A DNA stretch of 64,000 nucleotides from Tubulanus polymorphus (taxonomy: Eukaryota > Animalia > Nemertea). The stretch lies in contig NC_134031.1 of assembly GCF_964204645.1 (NCBI RefSeq), positions 10,354,001-10,418,000 of the forward strand, read 5' to 3'. Position numbers and translations under genes: made by a program. Numbering within the stretch: the first letter of the stretch is position 1; each line of letters begins with the position of its first letter. This document shows, one piece after another, positions 12,601-24,600 of the stretch. The notes below the pieces were generated by a model. The model was not told the DNA's origin. It worked only from the letters and a program-made list of their open reading frames with translations, and did no database searches.

Positions 12601-15600
12601 GCTACGATTTTGTAATTGATTGTGATAACAAAATATGCCTCGTTACCAATTTAATATGGAAATACTAACTTATTCTACAATTCAACGCCCCCTGGTGACC
12701 ATATTCAAAACCCAACTACCTCGAAACTCGCCACAATCATAGAACATGTCATGAACTACAACTTCGCAATTGATCACGTTAACAAAATATGCCTCGGCAC
12801 CAATATAATAAGGAAATACTAAGTTATTCTACTATTCAATGCCCCCTGGTGACCATATAGAATAACTAATGTCCTTATAACAGACCACAATCATAGGCGA
12901 TGTCATGAGCTACAACTTTGCAATTGATTGTGGTAACAAAATATGCATTGGTACACATATAATATACAAATACTAAGATATTATATTATTCAACGCCCCC
13001 AGGTGGCCATATACAAAAACTAATGACCTTGAAACTCACCACAATCATAGATCACCTTATAAGCTACAACTTTCTAACTCATTGTGGTAACAAAATATGC
13101 TTAGGTATCAATATAATGTCGAAAAACTTTTTCCCACCCATGAATGAGTACCGATAACACCAAGATGGCCGCCAATTGTGTCATAATTGGCTGAACAAAA
13201 ATACCTATCTCAGGTATAAAACATCCCTTTTCAAAGAATACCCATCAGAAATCGCAATGAGAAATGGCAAACCAGCAGGAAGCTACAGGACTCAGAATTC
13301 GGGCCAAAATTGACATTTTTGGGCACTAAAAAGGTCATATGACGGCCATCTTGAGTCCGATCGACCCAATTTTTGTTATGCTCATGGGCCCTGGGGGGAT
13401 TCAAATATATACGAAAGATCAAGCTAATAAATCAAAGCGTCTTCAAAATTTCCCTCAAAAAGTTAAAGGGCCAGTTTTTGGGCTGAAGATGTGTCTACGG
13501 TAGATACATGTGTAACCCAAATATAAAGACATTACATTGAAGCGTCTTCAAAACTTCACAAAATAACTGGATTCTGTCTACGGACGGACGAAAAGTGAAT
13601 GCAATAGCCCGCTGGGACTAAAGTCCCAAGTGGGCTAAAAAGTAAGACTAGTAGCAATTCATGGAAGTTTCCAGGCCCTAGGGGACCCCCTGGGAGTCAT
13701 ATTCCAAAAAACAGCTCCATATTGCATTATGGCTTAGGCCAAAGATCATTTGTACCAAGTATCATATTGATCTGATCTGTAGCAAGTCACAGAATTAAGG
13801 TCCCCAGGCTCTACCCCCAAGGCCCCTGGGGGTCAAATCCGAAAAATGGCACTATATTGTTTCACGCCTTGGCTCAAGTTTTATCTTAATCCAACAAAAA
13901 AAGAGGACTAGTAGCAATTCATACTAGGGTCCAGGGACACCATGCTTACTTGGGAAGTGGTTTCAAATGCTCAACAATCTAACAATTTCAATATTCAATG
14001 CCCCCTGGTGACCATATACAAAAACCAATGACCTTGAAACTCATCACAATCATAGAACACGTTATAAATAACAACTTTCTAATTCAATGTGGTGACAAAA
14101 TAAGCTTACATATCAATATAATGTTGAAAAACTTTTTCCTACCTACGAATCAGTACTAATGACACCAAGATGGCCGACAATTGCGTCATTATTGGCTGAT
14201 CAAACATACCTGTCTCAGGCATAAAACATCCCTTTCCAAAGAATACCGGTCAGCAATTGCAATGAGAAATGGCAAACCATTTCTAAGGAAGCTACAGGAC
14301 TCAGAATTTGGGCCAAAATTGACATTTTTGGGCACTAAGAAGGTCATAGGACAGCCATCTTTAGTCCGATCGACCCACTTTTTGTTAAGCTGATGGGCCG
14401 TGGGGGATTCAAACATGTAAGAAAGATCGAGGTAATTGATCAAAGTGTCTTCAAAATTTCCCTCAAAAAGTTCAAAAACATGTAAAAAGTGCTGATTTTG
14501 GCGAACAACAATGGCTGCCAGTCGGCCATCTTGATTTTGACAGGGCCAGTTTTTGGGCTGGAGATGTGTCTAGGGTAGATACATGTGTAACCTAAATATC
14601 AAGACATTACCTTGAAGCGTCTTCAAAACGTCGCATAATAACTGGATTCCGTTTAAGGACGGATGGACGACGGACAAAAAGTGAACGCAACAGCCCGCTT
14701 GGACTTAAGTCCCAAGTGGGCTAAAAAGCATGGACCCAACCCTGGGGGTAAAATCCTAACAAGAAATGAAATTCTTAATATTCTTTGATGACTGTTGTAA
14801 TAAAATATGCAGCCAGAGGTACCAATATGATGTACAAATAATAGTAATTATAATTTGTTAAGCCTAAATTCCATTTAAAACAATATGCTCATCGGCTTTA
14901 CATTCAACTGATGGGAGAGAACTAACATTCTACAGACAACTAGATCAAAAATAAAGAAAGAAAATATCAAGAAAAATATTTTTTTTTTCAAATTATGAAT
15001 GGAAACGCATACCTATCTTCAGCATGAAGTTTTTGGTAGAATTTCAGAGAATCCGTGCTCCAAGTAATCAAAAAATAGTGAAAGATTTCATTGCAATGAA
15101 ACATAAGGATGTATACCTAAGAATTTACATACCCTCTTTGTCAGTTGTAAATCTCTCTTGATCATATCTGTTATAAGCTGCTTGAATTGGCCTTGGAACC
15201 TAAAAAGTAAATAACAAAATATATCTTATAGTGACCAATTGCAACAACATACGTAGATTACTTCTTCCAATGGACAGATAGGCAGATGGCCGAACGAATG
15301 GACCGACAAAAAATGACTCCAATCGGAATCCCAAGTGGGCTAAAAATAATGAGATCATTTAGGAGAACTTACAGTGATTGGTGTGACTGTGATTTGACTT
15401 GTGAGTTGACTATGCCTATGTCCCCCATCTTCTCTTGCTTTAATTGATTGTAAGATGCCAAAGACATTTCGTGCAAATAGCTGAAATATTGAAGTATAAG
15501 TAAACAATTAGTAGCCATATCTGCTAAATGATAAAAGAAAGTATGGAGATGTTTTAGCAGTGGCAGGGAATTCTTCAATTCCATACAGTCACCAAAAAGC

Positions 15601-18600
15601 CATCTTGATAGTCACATGTCCTGAAAAAGGGGTCTGGGGACACAATGCCGACTTCTTGAAATCTAACCCTGGTTTCACTTGATTTTGGTAAAACATTTAA
15701 CTACTACATCAATAAAATTCCAACTTCAGTGATCTGTGAACAAAGTTGAAAAGTTGACCTGAAATAGGAAAATTTTCCTTTTAAAGAAAACTAGAAGTTA
15801 ACACTCAAACTCCAAACATGCAGACTGCGAGTTAAATGCCATTTTTGGCTAAAAAACCTCATGGTCTGTGGAAGGCAGAAGTTCTCCGATTATCTCCTCA
15901 CCGGTTTTACTGGGTGGTTGTGGTTTTTATATTGTGGTGCCACCACCGCAAGGTGGCAGGTTTCCAGTTAAAACAAGAGGTCCATGGACCTTGAGAATAA
16001 GAAGTTCCAGTTTGGGAAAAGGAACAAGTTCCGCCTCGCCAGGCAGGATGGATCAATGTATCTAAACATATCAATTACAAATATAGCTGCAAAGCAGCGA
16101 TAACGGGTTTTCTGCACAGTCTTAGAATCCTGTTCAACGGTGGATTTTGACGAAGCATTTGATAAGGCACAACATCAGCCATTACTAAACAGGCTATTAG
16201 GAAACAGTATCAATGATAGGTCGCCCAAATGGCTCAGCAGTTATCTCTGAACGAAAACTTGTAGCTGAAATCAACGGAACGCCTCATCTTGGAATAAGTC
16301 GGTCAAACTAGTGGAGTTGCGCAAGGTAGTATCCTAAGTTGTCTTCTGTTTAATGTCCTGACAAATGGCATACACAGTAATCCAAAATATACCAGACCGA
16401 GTAAATTTCCAAATCGACCTTAACACGGTGTTCGAACAAAAAACTTCATGTTCCAACAAGAAAATCTTGTTCGAATGAAAATAATTCTGTTTGATCGAAC
16501 AATACGCTTTTTGCTTGAACCAAAAATTTTCATCATACTGACAAAAAATGTGTTCGAATAAAAAGCTATGTTATTGTTGAAATGAAAAAAAATTTGGTTG
16601 AGCGAAAACAATTGTTTTCGAACAATATTTGAATGAAAACAATTCTGTTCGATTGAACGAAATACTTAATACTTTCGGTTCGAAGAAAAAACTTTTTTCA
16701 ATATACTTGTTCGAAAGAAAGACTTAATGTTCTGACAAGAAATTTCTGTTCAAATTAAAACGATTCTGTTCAATTGAATGATTGTTCGAACGAAAAACCT
16801 TTCGTTTGGACAGAAAAAAAGTTTGTTCAACTTTGTTCTAACGATTTTTTCAAATTGGTTCAATTGTATAGAATATAATTGGTTCGAACGAAATAAATTT
16901 TGTTCCGACGAAAGAATTTTCAATCGAAAGGTCTTTTGAACGAAAAAAAAGATATTTCTGGGGCTCCGCAGTAACTTAAAGCCAGGCGTAGGTTGTTCTT
17001 GTGACACGATGCGATCCTCGCGTTGCATCGCAAGTTTCGATGTAAGTCGCTTGCAATACGATTGTGTGCGACTAGTTTCTGCCAGTCGCAAGAGCGCGTC
17101 GGTTGGTTGTGACAGTCGTGTCACGTCGCAGAAAGTAGAACACGTACGACTCCATGTGACTGGCGTTGCTGAAAGATGAGGACGCCAGTGATATGACGAC
17201 TGAGTTTCAAGTCGTCAAAACGTCACGATATGTCGACATATTCATGTCGAATTGATATATCGCGTCAAGTCGACATGAATATGTCGATATATCGTGACGT
17301 TTTGACGACATATTTCGTTTTCTCAACCATTTTCCTCGCGACAAGTCGACATATTCATGATGACTTGAAACTCAGTCGTCATATTACTGGCGTCCTCATC
17401 TTATATTTGGACATGTCTTCAAATTACGGCTTGTCCCGTGGAAAATGAGCAAATAAGCAAAATTTGTCGTGAAAACGTCACGATATGTAGACATATTCAT
17501 GTCGACTTGACACGATATATCGCGATATATCGACATAAATATGGCGACTTGTCGAGTTTGAACGCGACAACTCGAGGCCCTTTATCGCTTCCGTACTATA
17601 TCAGATTAATCGACTTCAAAATAGGCGAAAGCATAAGTCTTTATTACGTTTTTAATTGGCCTAATTATTCAAAAGCTAATAATGTGGGCGACAAAACCAA
17701 AAAAATTAATTGTCGCAGACGATAAACCCAAAATAATCAATTGTCGCGGGCGATAAAACCAAAATAATCAATTGTCGCTGGCGATAAAACCAAAATATTG
17801 AATTGTCGCGGGCGACAAAACCAAAAAAAATGAATTGTCGCGGGCGATAAAACCAAAATAATGAATTGTCGCGGGCGACAAAACCAAAATATTCAATTGT
17901 CGCGGGCAACAAAACCAAACTAATGAATTGTCGCGGGCGATAAAACCAAAAAAATGAATTGTCGCGGGGGATAAAACCAAAATCATGAATTGTCGCGGAC
18001 GACAAAACCAAAATATTCAATTGTCGCGGGCGACAAAACCAAACTAATGAATTGTCGCGGGCGATAAAACCAAAATAATGAATTGTCGCAGGCGATAAAA
18101 CCAAAATATTAAAGTGTCGCAGGCGATAAAACGGCGACAAAAAGAAAAAAAAATTGTCGCGGGCGATAAAACCAAAATAATGAATTGTCGCGGGCGACAA
18201 ATCCAAAAAATGAATTGTCGCGGGCGATAAAACCAAAATCTTGAATTGTCGCCATTGTCGCGTGCGACAAAACCAAAATAATAAATTGTCGCAGGCGATT
18301 AAACCAAAATAATGAATTGTCGCGGGCGATAAAACCAAAATAATGAATTGTCGCGGTCGATAAAACCAAAATATTGAATTGTCATGGGCGACAAAACCAA
18401 AATATTGATTTGTCGCGGGTGACAAAACCAAATTAATGAATTGTCGCAGGCGATAAAACCAAAATAATGAATTGTCGCGGGCGATAAAACCAAAATAATG
18501 AATTGTCGCGGGCGACAAAACCAAAATTATTGTTTTGTCGCGTTATTTTAGTTTTGTCGTTTTGTCATAATGTCGCCCTCATTTGCATATACGTGTTTTT

Positions 18601-21600
18601 TACGCATGGCCCTTATCAGCCGCCATACTAAAGCCTTAAGGTCGCGTAAAACTCGATAAACACTTCAAGCGACACAGCGAACGATCTCCTTTCCCCCACA
18701 GCGAACGCTTAACCTAGTAGAGGCTACTAACCTATGAAGGCCTATGTATATGCGTAGGCCTAACATCCGGACAGATTGGTCGTAGGCCTATTGAATTTAA
18801 CAACCCACCTAAATATCGTAAATTTTGTTTTGAAGTTCAATCCAATGAGTCCGTTAATAAACGCAACAATTGTACTGTGTTTGTTTGAGACAGTAAAGCT
18901 CAGTACCCGTAGGCCAAAAGCCGCGTCAAACTCGATAAACACTTCAAGCGACACAGCGAACGATACCTTTCCCCCACAGCGAACGCTTACTCCGAATGTC
19001 AAGTGTGAGTCCAGCATACGGAAAGGATTATGTGTTATATACTTGTATTTAGTACATACCTTGTGCATTTGACAATGATCGGTATGTACTGTAGGAAATA
19101 TAGAGTATTGATGGTATTGATATAGAGGTTGAAGCCCGCGGCCGAATAAAGTAATATATTCTTTTATTTTGATACCTCGTCCACATACGTCTTTTCTCCG
19201 CTATATCTCTTCGGCGTGTTTAGTTTAGGCCTACGATTCCCCGGTACACCAAAGATTTATCTTAGTAAATACACGGTTAATTCGGTAAAGAAAAATAGGT
19301 ATTGTTATACTAACTCCTTGAAACCCGCAGCCAAATCACTGGTAGTAATAAATTAATTTGTACTCGATTTGATTCTCATGATGAGGAGAAACTCGCAGCT
19401 GATCCCCGGAACGACGATGTAGTAACACACGTCGATTCGTCGATGTTTACGGCTCGACAGTGCTTTTAAAATCTAAAGTAGTAAATTTCCAGTGTATCGG
19501 TAATATGATTTGATGAGGAAAATGGGCTATTGTTAAAATCACTGTTTGAAGACCGCGACTGAATTTGAAGTCTGCGGCAATAAATTAGTTCATTTATACT
19601 TGAATTGATAATCGAAGTGACAGTCGGCCTGCGGGTTGATTTCGGGATGACGACTCGAAAAACATGTCGCCCCATTGAATGGGGCTAAATTTTCGATGTT
19701 TACGGCCCGACAGCGCTTTTGTAACGATGATTCGTGAAAAAACACGCGGGCTATTTGTAGATCTCAGTGAGCTGAACGATATTATATGGATTGTATATGA
19801 AACAGCGGTAAGGTAACAAAGCCTATGTTCTTTTGGTAAAAATAGTGTGGAAGAAAATAATAATAATAATAATCACGCGGATATCAATAGGGTTTTCTGT
19901 GAAATAACAGAAAACCCTAATTACATGTATAACAAATATATATGTAACCACTTATGCTGAAATTTAATTTAGAATTCAATACTGCCTTGATTTTACTTAA
20001 GTTATGCCTGTTTTCTGGGGTTATTTTCTCAAAGATCCCCATGAGCTGAAACTTTTCGCCGGTAATTCCTTTTGAGGTTGTTTGATGATCTATCCAACCA
20101 TTCCAGTTTCAAACTGCACATCACTGAATACCTCTTAAAAGCAGTTGAAAAACAGCCACAGCTTAACTTCACAGAGAAGGCAAAAAATGGTTGTCCAACT
20201 AAATCAAACTTTATTAAAAATATTTTCAACAAGAAACGAAATTCTTAATATGGACTTTCCTAAATTTACATAAGTGTATGTTTAATTAAAAATTAAACAT
20301 TGGTAGTCTAAGCAGATCAAATGAAAAATAGGGAAAACTATTGGATTGAATTCAAATGATGGGAGAAGACTAACTTTTTACAGACAACTAGATCGAAAAT
20401 AAGGACGGAAAATATCAAGAAAAAAATGTCTTTTTTGAATTATGAATGGAAACGCATACTACCTATCTTCGCCATGAAGTTTTTGGCAGAATTTTCAGAG
20501 AATCCATGCTCCAAGTAATCAAAAAAGCCTAAGATATCCCCTTTGACTGAATCCAGAAGTTTCCATGAAAATCTGTCTATTGATACAATCTCCATCACAC
20601 ACAACTGCATGATGATTCATCTGATGAATATACATGGTAGTGGGTTTCTCCACTGACTCAAATAGAAACTCACCACGTTCATAGTGTGACAATTTCTAAA
20701 CACTATGTACGAAGTTTGTTAGACAAGACAATCTATTTTTGTAAATTGAACAATTTCCAAGATTCACTCCCCTCTTTCCCAATTTTACTGCCCTTCTATA
20801 AAATTCACTGCTTTCCGAACACCTGGCAGTAGGCGCGAGACGCGCTTTTGCGCTGATCAATACACCACATAGCAGCGAGTCTGTAACGTACACGTGTGTG
20901 AAGCGTGAATATACGTAAAAGGGCATGTGTTTTTCCGAAACGAAATGTAGTTCTAACAACAAGTAAATAACTTAATTAATAAATAAGCAACGGATTCCAA
21001 TGAAATTCAATAGGGGTTGGAAGTGAAGATATTTTTCTGAATAAAACATGTGATTAGATCAAAATCGACCTGCTTCTCGATATTTTTGAAAACGCACACC
21101 AGTCTGATAACCAACAACTTTTTGATGAACAGAAGAGTCTGTTGAGACTTCAATTGTATTAACTTCAACTTTTTTTTAAATGTGCGGTCTGAGGGAAATT
21201 CAATGTACATCACATCCGATCTACCATACTGCATGTCCTGGTACCACAAGGTTGTTTCAGATAGGAAATGCCTTTACTCTAGTGGAGTATCGATTTTGAA
21301 GCGAGGAAAGCGGTGTTTGCTGTAGTATAGCCGAATAGAAACCACTGTCTAGTGTAGATAGAGATTGTATGTATCATTCAACATCCATTTGACTAAATCT
21401 GAAACAATAAAAAATTTACCAATTCAGTTCCTTCCTAATCAAAACACAAATAAAAAGTATTCAATACACTGTCAGAGCTTGTCAAGTTAGGATATCTAAG
21501 GCTGGCCATGGAAAATCCCATCTAGTTACTGTTGGCATTGCTTGCGAAAAAATCTAAGAAAAATTTGGGCAGACGCTCCCCCGGCCAAGCCATTTTCATT

Positions 21601-24600
21601 CATCCCCCAACCCCATGCAAGTCTTCAACAACTGTCACAATAACTTGCCCCGTCCCATATTGAAATGACAGAAATACTGACAAAAACTCACCTAAGCAGG
21701 AATCCCGAAGCAGAGATTGAGAACAATGAATCTGAAAAAAATGGAAATATTTTATTCATTTTATTCATGGTTACAAAGGCCCATACGCAGCTAAGAGCAG
21801 ATCATCTCCAAGGCGAAATAAGTTGACATTTGAATTTGATAATTAATAATCATTAGAAGGGCACACAAATGCGGTTGAAAACAAATCACTTGCAACTATG
21901 AATTATTTGGATACTTTGATATCAATGCAATGTAGCTCTGTTAATCATTAGCCTAGGTAAATGACGGTCCGTCGCTAGAAATCGACAGAAAACACCAGCT
22001 AACATCACAGTTGTTTAACCCTTTCAATACCACAGAGTGTCTCCGCTGATGTACAGGAGCGAATTTAGGGGTTTATAGGGGTATATTTGAGGCTTCATAG
22101 AATAGTTACCAAGGTATCTGACACAGAAAAATCATATAGCATGTTGTTGATTGTTTTGGGCCAACAAAGTAGACATAATTTGGATATAAGTGAACTTGAG
22201 GTCAAGGTCACATACTCCAAGATGGCTGCCATGAAAAAAATTCACAAAAAAGTTTCAAATAAACTGCTCAGTCTCCCAGGAAAATGCACTGATTTATTCA
22301 ATTTCAACTGAAATTGTATGCCATATATCCTTACTTTATGTAGTAAATATTTCAAAGCAATAGAACAACTCAAAAGTTTATTTTTCCACTCATTTACCCA
22401 CTTTTGCACTATATGTCGGAAGGCTGGACATAAGGGGTTTCATTGGGGTATAATTGCAGGCCTCAGAAAATTGTTACCTATGTATTTGACACTGATATAT
22501 TATATACCATGGTGTTGATAACCTTTGGGCTAACTAATTAGAAAAATAATTTGGATATATGTCACCTTAAGGATGGACAGTTTCTGGTTCTTCATTATTG
22601 TTATTGGTGTCCATTGCCATGACAACCGGATCAACAGGGTCTAAAAAATTGTCACTGATTTTATTTTCATCATCATCATCAAAATCATTGCTGGCACTAA
22701 ACCAATTTTCTGACTAAGTCTCATCATCTTACATGCACTCTCATATTCGTTGTCACTCAATTTGTTCACTACCAAATTCCAAGTCACCAGCATCACTGTC
22801 AGCATCATATACGAGCTGCTGAACCATTTAATCCAGCCAAATTGTTTTTTCCTGGCTGCTGCCATCTTGGATTTTATGCAGATAGCAGCACCAGCTGATA
22901 CTGATAGATATGCCCTTCTAGAAGAAGGGTTAAGCGATACTGTATCACATACGGTACGGGTATGCTAGCTTGCCAATTTGTACCGTATGCCATACGGTAG
23001 TGGTATTGTAAATGTTAAAGGGGAACTGCAGTCAAAAATTTATAATTGGCCATTCATTTCTACTCTCGTTGTTGTTTCGCATAACGCTAGTTGAAATGTC
23101 CAATACTTCTTAATTAACTCGTGTACAACGATTTTAATACTGTTATCAGCAGAATTTATGGCAGATGAGAGCCGCCATATTCAAATTCCAAAGTGAGGCA
23201 TGTAAACATTGATGAAGTATCCCGGCCCCTCACACACTCCAGTGTGTACACAAATAGATATATTCATTGAAGATCTCAGTTGAAAGTTACAATTAAAATA
23301 CTCCTGCTGGGCTGCCAGTGGGGTCTACTTTTGTTTATCCACTCACTGTGTGAAACACATCCAAATAATTGCTGATGTGGCATTATGCTGCAGTCTAGAA
23401 CTGTTATTGGACTTGAAAGTGATGAAAACGCTATGAATAGTAGCAGTAACACTTAGAGAGAAAAGCGTCTGCTACATGAAGAAAATGGCGGGAGCCAGGC
23501 ACTCCGCAAGTATTAGATGAAATGTTTTTTCTGCTGTTGTGAAAATGTATTTGTAAAGGTTTCTAACACATATAGATACAAAAAAATTGTCACTGCAGTT
23601 CCCCTTTAATTTGTTTTTCTCTTGAATTTTGCATGCTTAAGATATCAACGGAATATATCAAAGTCAGAATTCCATCAACATAGGAACCAGCATTGCCATA
23701 CTTAACTGGGTTTTTACACTACTTTAGATCATTCTATCATATTCAGCTAACAAGGAGCCTATCGGCTTATATAGCTCTGCTGTTTGATTCGAAGAAATAG
23801 AAGCTGCATACCTAGGGGTGCCCCCTTTTGGCCGAAAAAGGGCTCCGTACTTTGTGGGTATTGGTCCATAGAACATTCATACCAAATTTGGACTTGATCT
23901 GATTCAAACTGTAGGACTAATAGCAATTCAAAAAAATAGAAACTCCACCCCAGGTGGACGAATGAAAAAATGGCTCTGTAACTTTATAGGCCTTGGTCCA
24001 TAGAACATTCAAACCAAATTTGGAATTGATCTGATTAAAACTGTAGGACAAGTAGCGATTTGAAGATATAGAAACTCCACCCCAGGGGTGCCTTCAGGTG
24101 GACGAATAAAAAAATGGCTCTGTACCTTTATAGGCCTTGGTCCATAGAACATTCATACTAAAATCAATCTGATTAAAACTGTAGGACTAGTAGCGATTCG
24201 AAGAAAAAGATACTCCACCCCCAGGAGTGCCCCCTGGGGGAGGAATATAAAAATGGCACTGTAACTTTATAGTCCTTAGTCCATAGAACATTCATTTCCA
24301 AATTTGTAATTGATCTGATTAAAACAGTAGCACTAGTAGCGATTTGAAGAAATAGAAACTCCACCCCCAGGGGCGCCTCCTTGGGGACAAACCCAAACAA
24401 GAGTCCAAAGGGGCACTATGGCCAGCCTATCAGCTTTTCCTAAAATGGCAAATGATGCATTCTGTGGCTTATATTTGTCCAAATACACTCCCAGCTCATA
24501 GACTAGCCAATCACAAGCTAATTATTTACACAATTCAATTGTGTTTTCAGCAGTAGCACAGACAGCGACTGGAGCTGACAGGAACAAATACCTCAGATAA

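Larger units (their letters stand above)
16079..19920 (+). mobile_element. HINE family B composite element (~3.8 kb) carrying CR1-type RT fragment and nested tandem-repeat elements
   Basis: 5' aaatatagctgcaaagcagcgataacgggttttctg; 3' (AAT)n then tagggttttctgtgaaataacagaaaaccctaa palindrome; paralog at 37523-41190. Confidence 0.75.

Noticed and set aside
11971-14443. Recurring short ORFs (e.g. [19 protein letters not shown]), also near 27752, 28806, 60439
   Set aside because: Chance frames in HINE family A copies; frames and stops not conserved between copies
15013-15116. AG...GT-bounded segment next to a CDC73 exon
   Set aside because: Would need a 16-nt intron; no CDC73 similarity; belongs to the duplicated intronic block
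17706-18524. 272-aa ORF and overlapping ORFs; superficially CRISPR-like array
   Set aside because: Translation of a 29-bp minisatellite; no unique spacers, no cas genes, eukaryotic context
20029-20232. 67-aa ORF as a possible nested gene (human CDC73 hosts B3GALT2)
   Set aside because: No recognisable domain, no galactosyltransferase motifs anywhere in the window, no supporting splice structure
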